DNA from: Lama glama
Taxonomy: Eukaryota
DNA: 64,000 nucleotides
NCBI GenBank assembly: GCA_028534125.1
Contig: CM052832.1
Coordinates: 16,494,001-16,558,000, forward strand
Direction of reading: 5' to 3'
This document shows, piece by piece, positions 1 to 11,514 of the stretch (the stretch's first letter is position 1; the number at the start of each line of letters is the position of its first letter). The notes under the pieces were generated by a model that saw only the letters and a program-made list of their open reading frames with translations, was not told the origin of the DNA and did no database searches. Made by a program: the position numbers and the translations under genes.

Positions 1-754
1 CAGGTTTGGGAGGGTGGTGAGATGGGGTGCAGGGTCTGGAAAGGAAGAGAAACTTCTCTTCTAGCCTGGCAGCTCCAGAGAGGCACTTAGAAATACGGAA
101 CTAACAAAGGAACCTTAATTTGCTTCTGGATGTGCAGTGTAATCCTCTTATCTCCTTGGAAATTTTCAGTAAAATCGACATTGCTCAGGAATTCAAGAAT
201 TTAAGTAGATTCTTTGGAGCAACATGATACTGAGAGAGACCGGATTGGTGGACCCAAGGGACACCTTTATCCCCTTTGCTGCTCATTTTGGCTAATGGCT
301 TCTAGGGGAGGCGAAGACGGAGCATCCCCCTCACTGAGACACATTTGTCTAAACTCCCTTCCATGAACTCCAGCCACTCTGCCCCAGATAGACACACCTT
401 TCCTTCTCCTCTCCTCCCACAAGCTATTTCCCCTTCTACAGCTGCGAGGTTTTACTTCTCACTGCCCTCTCCCTGACCCATGCAGGTTGGGGGAGATGCT
501 GGAGGGGACTCTGACCTCTTGGCTTCTCTTTATTGCAGCTGCCTCCTCCCTGAAGAGAAAGCTGCAACCCTGCAGCTGGATGGTCCAGTGGTCTCAGTGC
601 CTAGTGGGAGGAATTCACTTTTTTATTCATACATCCATTCAACAAATATTTATTGAGTACGTACTATGATACCAGTTGTACTTCTCCACCCAGTGAACCA
701 AATGAATGTAAACCCTTGTCCTCATGGACAGTCTAATTGGGGAAGACAGACAAT

Positions 755-965
755 AAAAATACTATATATAAAGTAGATAAACAAGTTTCTACTGTATAGC
801 ACAGGGAACTACCTTCAGTATCTTGTAGTAACCTATAATTAAAAAGAATATGAAAAGAAATATGTATGTATATGGATGACTGAAACATTATGATGCACAC
901 CAGAAATTGGTGTAACATTGTAAACTGACTATATTTCAATTACAAAATAAATAAATGAATAAACA
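755..965 (+). mobile_element. L1 3' UTR fragment (artiodactyl type)
   Basis: CTACTGTATAGCACAGGGAACTA...GTAACCTATAAT...CACCAGAAATT...AACTGACTATA followed by an A-rich tail. The same motif recurs at about 5845-6011 and 61850-61995. Confidence 0.75.
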
Positions 966-1045
966 AGTATATTAATGGCAGTAGGTGCTTATGGAGAAGA
1001 GCTAAGTATGGAGGAGAGGGCTAGGAAGGGCTGTGTGGACTGCAG

Positions 1046-1637
1046 TTTTTTTTTAATTGAGTTATAATATTGTTTCAATTTCCAGTGTAGAGCACAATTT
1101 TTCAGTTATACATGAACATACATATATTCATTATCGCATTCTTTTCCCTGTGAGCTACCACAAGATTGTGTATATATTTCCCTGTGCTATACAGTATAAT
1201 CTTGTTTATCTATTCTACATATACTTGTCAGTATCTACAAATTTCGAACTCCCAGCCTGTCCTTTCCCACCCCCTCCCCCTTGGCAACCACAAGTTTGTA
1301 TTCTATGTCTGTGAGTCTGTTTATGTTTTGTATTTATGTTCTTTTTAAAATATATATATTCCACATATGAGTGATCTCATATGGTATTTTTCTTTCTCTT
1401 TCTGGCTTACTTCACTTAGAATGACATTCTCCAGGGACATCCATGTTGCTGCAAATGGCGTTATGTTGTTTTTTTGTGGCTGAAGAGTATTCCATTGTAT
1501 AAATATACCACATCTTCTTTATCCAGTCATCTGTCAATGGACATTTAAGCTGTTTTCCATGTCTTGGCTATTGTAAATAGTGCTGCTGTGAACATTGGGG
1601 TGCAGGTGTCTTTTTGAAGTAGGGCTCCTTCTGGAAA
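1046..1637 (-). mobile_element. 5'-truncated L1, antisense
   Basis: Poly-T start and typical L1 3' sequence (CATCCATGTTGCTGCAAATGGC, GTCTTGGCTATTGTAAATAGTGCTGC). Flanked by a TGGACTGCA direct repeat (probable TSD). Confidence 0.85.
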
Positions 1638-2386
1638 TTGGACTGCAATTTTAAATACGGTGCTCGGGGAGGCTTCTCTGAGAAAGTGATATTTGAGCAA
1701 AGACTTTAAGGAGGTGAGGGAATACGCCACGTGGACAGATGGGAAAGGAGCGTTTCAGGCAGAGAGAACAGCAAGTGCAAAGGTCCTAAGGTGAGAATAT
1801 GTCTAGATGTCTGAGTATTCATGGAGCAGCAGGGAGGCCAGCGCAGCTGGAGCCACATGTGTGAGGGGAAGCAGAGGCAAAAGATGCAGCCAGATTGTGT
1901 TGGGCCTTGTAGGCCATTGGGAAGAATCTGGCTTATATTTGGAGTGGATTACCTCCCAGAGTAGTAGTTCCATGGAGGGTGGCTTGGCCAACTACCAAAG
2001 TGACATAGAGTTTGGTGCTCAGAGAAACTTCCTGGGATAGAGAAAGTGACAGCTGCTCTGGCCATGGGACAAAAGTGAAGGATAAAGGGCATCGAGATGG
2101 GCCAGTGAGTGGAGAATGAAACTCAACCTAAACACAGATATGGGGAAAACCTGGGAAGAACAGAGATGCCAGAAGACACCTCTCTCCCAAACTCAGGGCC
2201 CCACCCCCTGGACCACAGAGAGGGCTTGCTCACAGTTAGGGCTGAAGGGGAGGCGGGACCTCTGGGCAGAGAGCTGCAGAGCAGCAAGGAATCTGATAAG
2301 AACCTAGAAATAAGGGAAGTAGATCACTTTGACGTTTAGGCTACACAATCTAGATCTGAGCAGAGACATGCAGAATCTCCTTAAAG

Positions 2387-2510
2387 CAGTGGTTCTCAAT
2401 GACTGGTCCTTCCGTAGCATCATATGGAATCATGTTAGAAATGCACATTGTTGGGCCCCAGCCTGGGTCTGTGGAATCAGAAACTCTGGGAGTGGGGACC
2501 AGCAATAGCT
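2387..2510. mobile_element. MER5-like hAT/Charlie DNA transposon relic
   Basis: CAGTGGTTCTCAA terminus and GTTAGAAATGCA...GAATCAGAAACTCTGGG core. Related relics at about 7858-8026 and 50530-50670. Confidence 0.6.
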
Positions 2511-3479
2511 TTTTTTTTAATAACTTAATTTTTTTTAAAGTATAGTCAGTTTACAATGTTGTGTTAATTTCTGGTGCAGCTCTGTAGAACCATAACTAGC
2601 TCACCGATGTTGCTGTTGCCAAAAGACTTTTCTAAAAAGCCTCCTTGTAGAGCTTTATGGGGAACATACCAACAGTTTATTTCTAAATTTCTCCTCTTGA
2701 TGCCTGGAAACCATAAAGAAATTGGAAATACACACACACACATTTTCAGTGAAGCTAGGAGATAACCTACAAACTCCAATTTATGCGTTACATGTGACCA
2801 AATTCCCAGCTGAGCAGGCCATCCCCAGGAGTGCCTCTGGGAAGAGCAGAAGAGTAGGGAGGGTCCAATGACTGCTGGAAAAAAAAGCAGATATTCCTTC
2901 CTGGGAGGAAAGTCTTCATCCCAGGAGGGAAAAGCTGAAGTCAGAGCTGACTGAACAGATTCAAATACTTGTAAAGGTGGAGAGAGAATGATTTAACGTG
3001 CTCCAAAGAACCCAACCCAGAGGTGGCAGATTTCAGAAAGGGCCAGCAAAATTCTTCTAATATTAAGTAAATCCCCTTAGGTGCATTTGGCAGCCTGCAA
3101 GGTCTCTTGTGAAATAAAAAAAGCCTAAAGTTGGGGGTGAAATGCTTGCTTAACTGGGATATGTTCTCAGAGACCAAGGAGGTAGTGGCAACACAATATT
3201 TAAGGTAAACCATTGTTATGGCAAAAGAGGAGTCGTCGAAGTTGTAAGTCTGGAAAGCCCTCCTGGGCACTCTGCCCACCCTCACCTTCTAAACTGCCAA
3301 CAGTTTAGAAGAATCTAGCTCATTTATAATGATGGGTAACACAACATGTGAGTAGGAAGACGGGGGAAAATACAGAAAACAAAAATACAAAGCCATTTCA
3401 AAAAGAACATTACATTTTATGGGAGAAGAGAGACATTTAATATATATTCCTAATTTTAAAAATCATAAATAACTGTTGC

Positions 3480-4890
3480 AAAATTTTTTTTTCTCTTTTT
3501 AAAATCTGAGTAGTTGTTTAGCATGAACAGTTTTTGTGAAATGCTTTTACTGTATTAATTGAGAAGATCATATGGACTTTCCTCCTTAATCTCTTAATGC
3601 AGGAGTTTGTATGAATAGAAACCAGGAATTGCATGAATAGTGAATTGCTTTCCTATGATAAAGACTGCTTGGTTAAGTTTTATATTATTTAGTAAATTCT
3701 ATTCAGGTTTGCTAATATTTCTAAGTTTTTTTTTTCTCGCATCTGTCTTCGTGAGGGAAATTGTTATTGTCTTATAGTTTTATTTTCTCAAATTGTCCAT
3801 ATAGCAAGGGTATATTAGTTTCATGAAAGAAGTTGAGAAACTTTTCCTGTTTTTTGATCACTGGAATAATGTTTATATGATTGGAATGACCTCTGTTTTG
3901 AAGGTTTCACAACTATCTGGGTTTGGTGATTTTTTTGGTGGTTAAATTTTGAACATCTAATTCAGTTTCTTTAATGGTTACAAACATATCAGGCTTTTAA
4001 TTTTTTCTTGAGTCAGTTTTGGTCATATTTTTTTTCTAGAAAATTATTCATCTTCTCAAAATCTGCAGTCTAAATATCTGCTGCATCTGACATTACATTC
4101 CCTTCAAATTACTTTTGTGTTTGCCCGTGTATGCCTTTTCTTTTCTTTTTCTGCTTTACCAATTTGGATAGAGATTTTTTAATATAAGAAGTCTCTGTAA
4201 ATAAACGAATAAATAAATACTTAATTACCCTCCCCCCCAAAAAAAAAACTAAAAAAAAAAAATAAGAAGTCTCTGTAAATATGTATTTGTTTTCTGCTCT
4301 ATTATTTTCTATTTCATTTATTTCTAAAATTATCTTTATTATTTCCTTCTAAGATTTTGGGGAGTTACTCTGTGCACTTTTTGTAATTTCTTGAGATATC
4401 TGTTCAACTCATTAATTTTCAAACTTTCTTTTGTAATATGCACATTTACTTTCTTCCATGAATTGTTTTAGCTACATTCCACAGTTTAGATATGCAGTGT
4501 TTTCCCTGTCATTCCATTCAAAATATTTTAAATTCCATTGTATTCTCTTTTAGCATTTTAATTATTTAGAAGTAGGTTTTTTAAAGTTTACAAATATGTT
4601 AGAAATGCATCTTTAAATTTTCCAAACATACGATAAATATTTTTTGTTACTCTTCAGTTCTCATGGATTTTGGTCAGCAATTGTATTCTATAGATTTTGA
4701 TTCTTTTTTCTAAATGTCTATCTGTGTACCTGAAAACAATGCCTACTTCCTAATTTTTCTAGTTATTCTAATATACTGCATAGTTCCATTAGAGCAAAAT
4801 TGTTGATTGTCTGGTTTCACTCCTCTATGTCTTTAGGTTGACTTACCACTTTCTGAGAGATGTAAGTTAAAGTCTTCTACTAATATTATA
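3480..4890 (-). mobile_element. Highly degenerate ancient L1 (antisense), containing a short SINE-tail insertion at 4203-4261
   Basis: Very T-rich sequence with L1M-like motifs (GCTACATTCCACAGTTT, AAAGTCTTCTACTAATATT). Boundaries approximate. Confidence 0.55.
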
Positions 4891-4992
4891 GGGAAAAAAA
4901 AAAAAAAAAGGATCCTTGCACGGAGAGTCTGAGGGCACCCAGGAGTGGTCCCAGCTATCCAGCCTGGCAGAGTCAGGGAAGGCTTCTCAGTG

Positions 4993-5455
4993 GAGGGTGA
5001 TCAGTCCCCAGAGGGAAAGGTGAATACTTTGCCAGTGTTGGCTCATTCTTCCACTCAGAGGGAAATCAGGGAGAAAGGGAGTGAGAGATGGAGTAGGGGA
5101 AAGAGATGTGCTGATGGGGAAGGGTGGGAGGGACATCATAGAGTAAGATGAGAAAGCAAAAAGAGATGTGGAGAGAGGTGGGGGAAGAGAAAGGGAGAAA
5201 TATGAAGAGAGAATGAATTAGTGAATAAGCAGACGTGTACGTGCACTCACACACACACGTGTGTGTGTGTGTGTGTAGAGAGAGAGATAAAGATATTTAG
5301 AGGGATGTGGCATGTGGGTAGAGAGATAGGGAAGAAACAAATGGTAAAAAATAATAAAGACAGACAAAAAAGAGTTACGGGCAGAATGTTGAAGATATAG
5401 GAGATAAGGCAAGAAGTGAGGGAAAGAGAGCCCAGGGAAGATGAAGACAGGATGT
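4993..5455 (+). pseudogene. Inverted TNF gene fragment (3' end of exon 1 plus most of intron 1)
   Basis: 5041-5120 aligns without gaps to the reverse complement of 20828-20907 at 65/80 identity (hand count). It is preceded by GTG ATC AGT CCC CAG AGG GAA AG|GTGAAT, which matches the TNF exon-1 end and donor. Confidence 0.8.
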
Positions 5456-5590
5456 TCGCTCCACATTACTCTCTGGGGCTGGGCATGGGGTGTTGATAGG
5501 ACAAGGCAAGGTAGTGGACAGACAGAAGCTAAAATTAAGGCCCGGTTGGGAAAAGCCATGTATTGGTTCCTCAGGCTGCCTCATGCTCTG

Positions 5591-5609
5591 TGACCACCAG
5601 GGGGCAGCC
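5591..5609 (+). promoter_or_regulatory. Candidate CTCF site
   Basis: TGACCACCAGGGGGCAGCC matches the CCASYAGRKGGCR core perfectly. Confidence 0.55.
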
Positions 5610-7432
5610 CTTGCCTTGCCGTGGAACCTCAGTGCCACAGCCTCTGCTTAGATGGCCCTGAGGAGGCAGCCACTGTTGATGGAGAATGGCTGTTACTCCT
5701 CCCCAGATTGTCGGGTACCTGTGCTTGTCTGGGTGGTTCAGAAAGGCTCAATAACTTGTTCAAGATCATGTAATCAGTTTGTAGGGAAGCTGGCATTTGA
5801 ATCTAGCCTGACTCCAAGCCAGCGTTCTTAACCATAAAATCGGCTCACAGCAAAAGAGAATGTGACAATGAATGTATGTATGTTCATGCATAGCTGAAAA
5901 ATTGTGCTCTACACTGGAATTTGACACAACATTGTAAAATGACTATAACTCAATAAAAAAAATGTTAAAAAAATCCACAAAATCAATGCTTCTTCAAAAA
6001 AAAAAAAAAAAGGCTAGCAGTCCATGCTCTCCCAGCATTCCACAGGGGACCCGGTTCTCACCCAGGATGAGCGAGGCAGGCACCCGGAACCCGGCTGCAG
6101 TGGAGCTTGCTTCCCCTAGGTTGAGCCCCTTTATGTTGCATGTTGATGTTCGGGGCTCCAGGGTCCCTTTTCTCTGGTCCTACAGGAGGGCAGATGGAGC
6201 AGGAAGAATAGAGTTTCTCTTGGGGCAATAAAGGTTGTTGTGATGTGTGGGGAAAAGGCTCCAGATCACTGCAGTGAAGGGTGGGAACTGCACAGTCTAC
6301 GACTGTATTATGAAAGAGAGCTGGAAACACGGACAGAAAGAGTATGTATTAATGTGAAAGGAACCAGAGAGCAAATGTGCAGTGAGGGCTGGGCAGGTTT
6401 CCCCCAGCACATTACACGTCATCCTTCTTTTCTTCGTGCTGTGTTATCTCATGTAGGTGGGTAATATGTATCCAAGAGTGTGTGGTGTACTCTTGTACTA
6501 ATCCTCCATAACCTTGGAGTTCTGTGTATTGCAATATGTTTTTCACTTTTGTCTTTAAAAATATATTTTACTACAGAAAACTACATTTTCTAGAAACTAG
6601 AAACTACATTTGTAATTGCTCAATAATGTGAGTTAAATAATGAATAAAATAATCAAAATGAGTGAATTTACCAGTGGGTGATAAATCTGTGCAGAATGCA
6701 CTAGGTAAAGCAGACCTCTGTGAGAGGTGTATCCCTTTAGTGGAGACCAGAATATGAATGAGTCCAAACTTCTCCATCAGCTGCACTCTCTCTGCCAGTC
6801 CACCCAAGTCCACACAGTCTAAGTGAAACCGGATGACTGCTATGTAAATGCAGCTTCCAGACAAAGTCCCTAGCAACCCCCTGCAGCCGCCAGCTGATGG
6901 ATGGCGTCAGCTAATCCTCTTATTTATAGAATTTCTAGAGCAGCCCTGGGGGAGGGCCAGAAGGGAATGGATGGGATTGGCTTGGGCACTGTTGAGCCAA
7001 GGGGAGGGGAAGTAGTTTAGCTCTGGGCCCAGAAAGTCTCCTGGAGGCTTATTCTGGGTAAAGGGTTGATCTTCTTGAACCTCAGAAGGTGGGGGAACCA
7101 CTTCCTGGTCTCACTTGTCCACCAACCCATCCTGACTTACCAACCATCTAAGCTCCACCCTCTCCCTCAAACCTGCCCACATGCTGCCCGCACTTCCTAG
7201 TGACCCAGATACCGCTGTCTGCAACATCCTCTTTCCTCAGGGAGGCAAGCATTTGATGCCCGATGTCCTAGGCAGTTGAGTCCTTGGTAAGTGATGTGTG
7301 AGTCCTGTGTGTTATAGGAAGCCCCCCACCCCCATCTAGTGACCCAAGGCCTGGTCACAAGTAGTGGGTCATTCTTCCTCCACCCAGACCTCACTGCTCA
7401 GGTTCCCCTTGTCAACAGGAACGCCCTCTGAC

Positions 7433-9547
7433 ATGGCCCGGATGCTGTTGCTCGTCTTTATCACAGTCCATCCAGGTGACAAGGCTTTCTTCTAGGACCC
7501 TGAGGGGTGTGGGGCTGGGAGGAGGGAGGAGGCTGGATATAGATGCCCCAGTTCACAGTTCCTTCCATGTCACCTCCTCGGAGGGTCATTCCCCAACTTC
7601 CATCCCAGAATTCTTTTCTTCTCAGCCACCTTCCTGAAGAGATCAAATTTAAAGAACCAGTAAAAAGGAAGGAAGGGCTTGAAGGATGGGGTCAATTTTT
7701 TTTTAAAGTGGTCAGTTTTAATTTGATGAGTTTAATACGCCTATTAAACAAAATCTATTATCTAGGGTCTAGATCAAATTAGCAGTTTGGGAGACCTAAT
7801 TAAATCTGTTTCTTAATGAACCTGATTTTAATTATCAGGCAGATCCATTAACTAAATGCAGTGTGAACTCCAGACCCTCAGCTTCAGCATCACCTGGGAT
7901 CTGGGGCAAATTCCCAAGACCCACTCCAGACCCAGTGAATAAATAAGGCTGGGAGTGGGGACTCGGAATCTGTCTTAACAAGCACTCCAGGTGGTGCCAG
8001 TGTGCCCTCAAGTTTGAAAATCACTGAAATAGAAGCATGACTGGTAAATTTCATTAACTAAAGAATTTAATCAAGGATTTTAGTAATTGGTTTAATTCAT
8101 CAATTTAAATGAGTTAAACAGTGATCTCAATCAATTATAGCCATGTCTTCACCTGGAGATTTAATTAGTTAATACTCTTTAACAACAACAATAACAAAAA
8201 TTAGCAAAAGTGGTCTACTACTGAATGCTGTTAGTACTAAAATAATACTTGGAATAATGTAATTAATGATATTTAATTAGGCAGCCACGTTCATTAATGA
8301 GCTTCAATTTCACTGTGACAGGTTAAGTTTCAGCAAAATGTTACTAGTGAATGTAGCTGGAGAATGATGGGAGAGGGTGACAGTTGGTATGGGAAAGAAT
8401 TTGAAAAACTATTTAATAAGCAATGTTAAGAAATTAGGTTGGTAAAGAGAAAAGGGTTTTAATGAGGCATCTAAGGACTTGTCCCTCTGGGCCCTCTGTG
8501 GGTAGGGGTACAGCTGGGGTATTCTACTGCAAGCTCTCTTGTCTTTTGGAGTTTTGTTTGTTTTGTTTTAGAGGGGAGGTAATTAGGCTTATTGTTTATT
8601 TTTTTAAATGGAGGTACTGGGGACTGAACCCAGGACCTCGTGCATACTGAGCACGCACTTTACCACTGAACTATATACCCTCTCCCACTCTTGTCTTTTA
8701 TCTTTGGAGTAGCTAGGGGATTGTTTCTTTGGGTCTTCTCTCTGCCCCCAGGATCCTGTGTTCTTTGGGTGTCCCAGCTCCCTGAGATCCACACCCAGGA
8801 GGGCCCCCCTGCCTCCCTACCCTGTTCCTTCAATGCCAGCCAAGGGAGAATGGCCACTGGGTCTGTCACATGGTACCAGGACAAAGTGGCCCCAAGGAAG
8901 AAGGTGAGAGATGGGACCCCAGAGTTCAGGGGCCATCTGGCCCCTCTTGCCTCTTCCTGCTTCCTCAGTGCCCACGAGGCTGAGCTGAACATCTGGGACA
9001 CCTGAGACCATGATGCCAGAGTCAGCACATGCCAGATGGAGGTACTGGGCCTGGGTGTTGGAACAGGGAATGGGACTCTGCTACTGATGGAGAAAGATGA
9101 GTTGCTGAGAAGTTGTCTGGTGCTCCTTGTCTGGAGGCTCCACTCTCTCTAGAAGTTGAGAGACCTTCCTGAGGCCCGCTGCCTTCTGTCCCTCCCTGAC
9201 CCTGTGCACACCTCTTCCCCAGGCATCCTTTACTTAATGCTCCCCACCCCTTGCCCACATGCAGGACCCCCTCTACTAGTGGCCGGCACAGCCCTCCTCT
9301 TTCGGGATGGATTCTATGCCTTCAGCTTTCTCTCTGTGGCCATGGGCAGTACCATCTATTATCAGGGCAAATGTGGGTAATAGAGCCGGGACAATGGCTG
9401 AAGAGATGAGAGGGTCAGTGAGAGGCCTGGAGGAGGAGACAGAGACCAAGAAGGGGAGGAGGGCTCCAGCGCTGCGCGATTCCTGTCACCTCTTCATCAG
9501 GCCACTGTCACCTGGGAACACACTGCCCCTCCCTGGATGGCCTCTGA
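7433..9547 (+). pseudogene. NCR3: NCR3 (NKp30) pseudogene
   Basis: Exons: 7433-7475 (leader MARMLLLVFITVHPG); 8752-9096 (IgV, LWVSQLPEI...LPCSFNASQGR...GSVTW...EFRG...VLGLGVGTGNGT); 9265-9372 (TM, AGTALLFRDGFYAFSFLSVAMGSTIYYQGK); 9501-9547 (CHCHLGTHCPSLDGL*). In-frame TGA at 9003-9005, and the exon-2 donor reads ATGAGT rather than GTGAGT. Confidence 0.92.
8548..8687 (-). mobile_element. tRNA-derived SINE (camelid Vic-1-like)
   Basis: Minus strand carries a tRNA-like head (TAGTTCAGTGGTAAAG...GGTTCAGTCCCCAGTACCTCCA) and a CCTAATTACCTCCCC tail. 12-bp TSD CTCTTGTCTTTT at 8536-8547 and 8688-8699. Confidence 0.88.
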
Positions 9548-10171
9548 TAAGTGATTCCAGACCCCAGTGATCCCAGTGTTCTTCAAGAGACCCCAAAAAT
9601 CCCTCTCTGCCTCACCATTAGCTGCTTCTTATGAGTCTTGTGTATTTCTTCTCCATCTTCAGATGCCCCCATGTGCCCCTCTCCGGGTTCTCCCGACTGG
9701 CTCTTACTCTCCCTTCTACCAAATTGGGCCTGGACTGGCCCAAGAAGGGAGCTTCCCAGCACTCCTGCCTAGACCCCCCTCCCACCACCACCATTCTGGG
9801 ACTCAACGTACCTCCCTCTCCCACGCTCAGGAGGCTAAGTCCCATTCTCCTGAGAAATGCAGTTTCAGGCATGATTAGTCCTACTTGTCAATGGCCCATA
9901 GACAAATTCTCTTTTCTGGCCTTCAGAGGAGCGTGGGTCCCTCAACACCCTTCTTCACCCAACACCCTTCTTCACCCAACGAATCCCTATCTGACCCCAG
10001 AGCGAGCGGGAGGGTAAGTCACTTAGACTTTGATGGTGGCCATGTGGAGCCGGGGTTTGAGAGGGATGGAGAAGCCCAAGACACAGAATGTGTGAGATCA
10101 TGGTCTTTACTGGGTGAAACTCAGGGCGGCCCTGACCACCCGCCTGGGGTGGGGGAGGCATTTGGGGGTGC

Positions 10172-11514
10172 TCAGGTGGGTTTGTTCTTGACAATGCAGG
10201 CGTAGTCAGTGCTGAGGTCCTCCTTTCTGTCTTCCCTTTCTTGGTTGCGGAGGTCAGGTCCCTCCCGCTCCGGCAGCCTCAGCAGGGTCGCATAGTGGAG
10301 CTCCTGTTCCGGGAGCTGGGACTGGGCCCGGGCAGAAGGCGCTGACAGGAGGTCACCCAGGAGCCTCCCCACCAACCCCAACCCTTCCTTCTGAGTGCTT
10401 GCCATCCCCACCCCTGCTTTCTTGCCTCATTGCCTCCTCATAAGGGGAGATTCCATCTCTTTCCATCTCTCTCTCTCTCCCACCCTTTTCTCTTTGGGTC
10501 TCTCTCACTCTCATTCTCCCTCTTATTTTTCTTTTGGTTTCTCTCTTATTTTCCCTGTGTCTCTCTCATTCCCTCTCTGACTCTCTCATGCTCCTGTTTC
10601 TCTCTCTTCTCTTGCCTACCCCCACCACAGCCCTCACATCCCCCTCTTGGGGCCCCATCACCCACTTCCCTGCCCGCAGACTCACCCCGCTCCTCTCCAG
10701 CCTCTTCACTGGAAGAAAACAAGAAGCTCAGCTCAGCCCTCCTGTTGTGCCATCTTCCAGCCCCTCACTCCACCTCCCCACCCCCAGCAGGCATTTCCTC
10801 ACTTGCCAACTTCCCTGTGGTTCACACGGCCAAAGACATGGCCTCTCTCTTTGGACACTCTCCCCTCCCTTCTCCCACCAGACTTCTGCCCACTTCGTCA
10901 CTCAGGATTGGTGGAGACTTGGAGAGACAGTGGTAGGAAGGGTGTGGTATAGAGGGCAGGTAGCAGGGGGCATGGCCGAGGAGCAAGGAGCAAATGAGGG
11001 AGCTAAGGGTGGTGGGGCTTACCTCTCACATGGAGCCGACACAGGCAGATGGACAGAATGACCAAAACCAGGAGCAGGAGTCCCCCCAGCCCTAAGGTCG
11101 CATACCTGTAAAGACATAACTCTGTAGGGAAAAGGGGAGAGTATTAAAGAGCCCATTTCTCTTCAGCTCACCCTATCCTCCTGGTTGGCCGTGGATCTCA
11201 GCTCCTCTCTCCAACAGTGTTAGAGGCAAAAGATTCTCTGAGAGATACTTCACCCCAGACTGCATTCCCTCACCTCCCACCAGAGGTAGCCATCCCTCAC
11301 GGGTTACCTCATTCACCCCTCAGAAGCCTCCCACTGCCATCCCTGCCCTCTCTGGGCCTCCCCATGAAGTCCCTTGTCCACCTGCACTGGCTGGTCCCGA
11401 GAGGCCCTGGCCACCTACTCATGAACCACACACACCACTTTTTACCTACGGTTCCCTGTGCACCACAGCCCTCCCTGGGCAGAGCACTGCCTTACCTTGA
11501 GGCTCACAAACCAT
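10172..11514 (-). CDS. LST1: Leukocyte-specific transcript 1, ITIM transmembrane adaptor (96 aa)
   Basis: Exons 11514-11496, 11121-11023, 10708-10686 and 10321-10172 give [64 protein letters not shown]...[12 protein letters not shown]. All boundaries GT-AG, with a TM segment and two ITIM-like motifs. Confidence 0.9.

Larger units (their letters stand above)
615..1950 (+). mobile_element. Old LINE-2 remnant interrupted by two younger L1 3'-end insertions
   Basis: L2-type motifs CATTCAACAAATATTTATTGAG (about 635-656) and GGGAGGCTTCTCTGAGAAAGTGATATTTGAGCAAAGAC...GAACAGCAAGTGCAAAGGTCCT (about 1668-1787). Boundaries approximate. Confidence 0.65.

Noticed and set aside
380..610. Several acceptor-like pyrimidine tracts near the window start
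   Set aside because: I could not assemble a consistent exon with a donor or a recognisable translation.
7700..8420. TTAAT-rich tract in NCR3 intron 1
   Set aside because: No clear periodicity or family assignment; most likely AT-rich decayed repeat around a MER5 relic.
9943..9980. 17-bp tandem duplication between the NCR3 and LST1 3' ends
   Set aside because: An ordinary slippage duplication with no spacer structure or evident function.
10430..11061. 168-175-aa ORFs on the + strand in LST1 introns
   Set aside because: Low-complexity CT-rich sequence depleted of stop codons.
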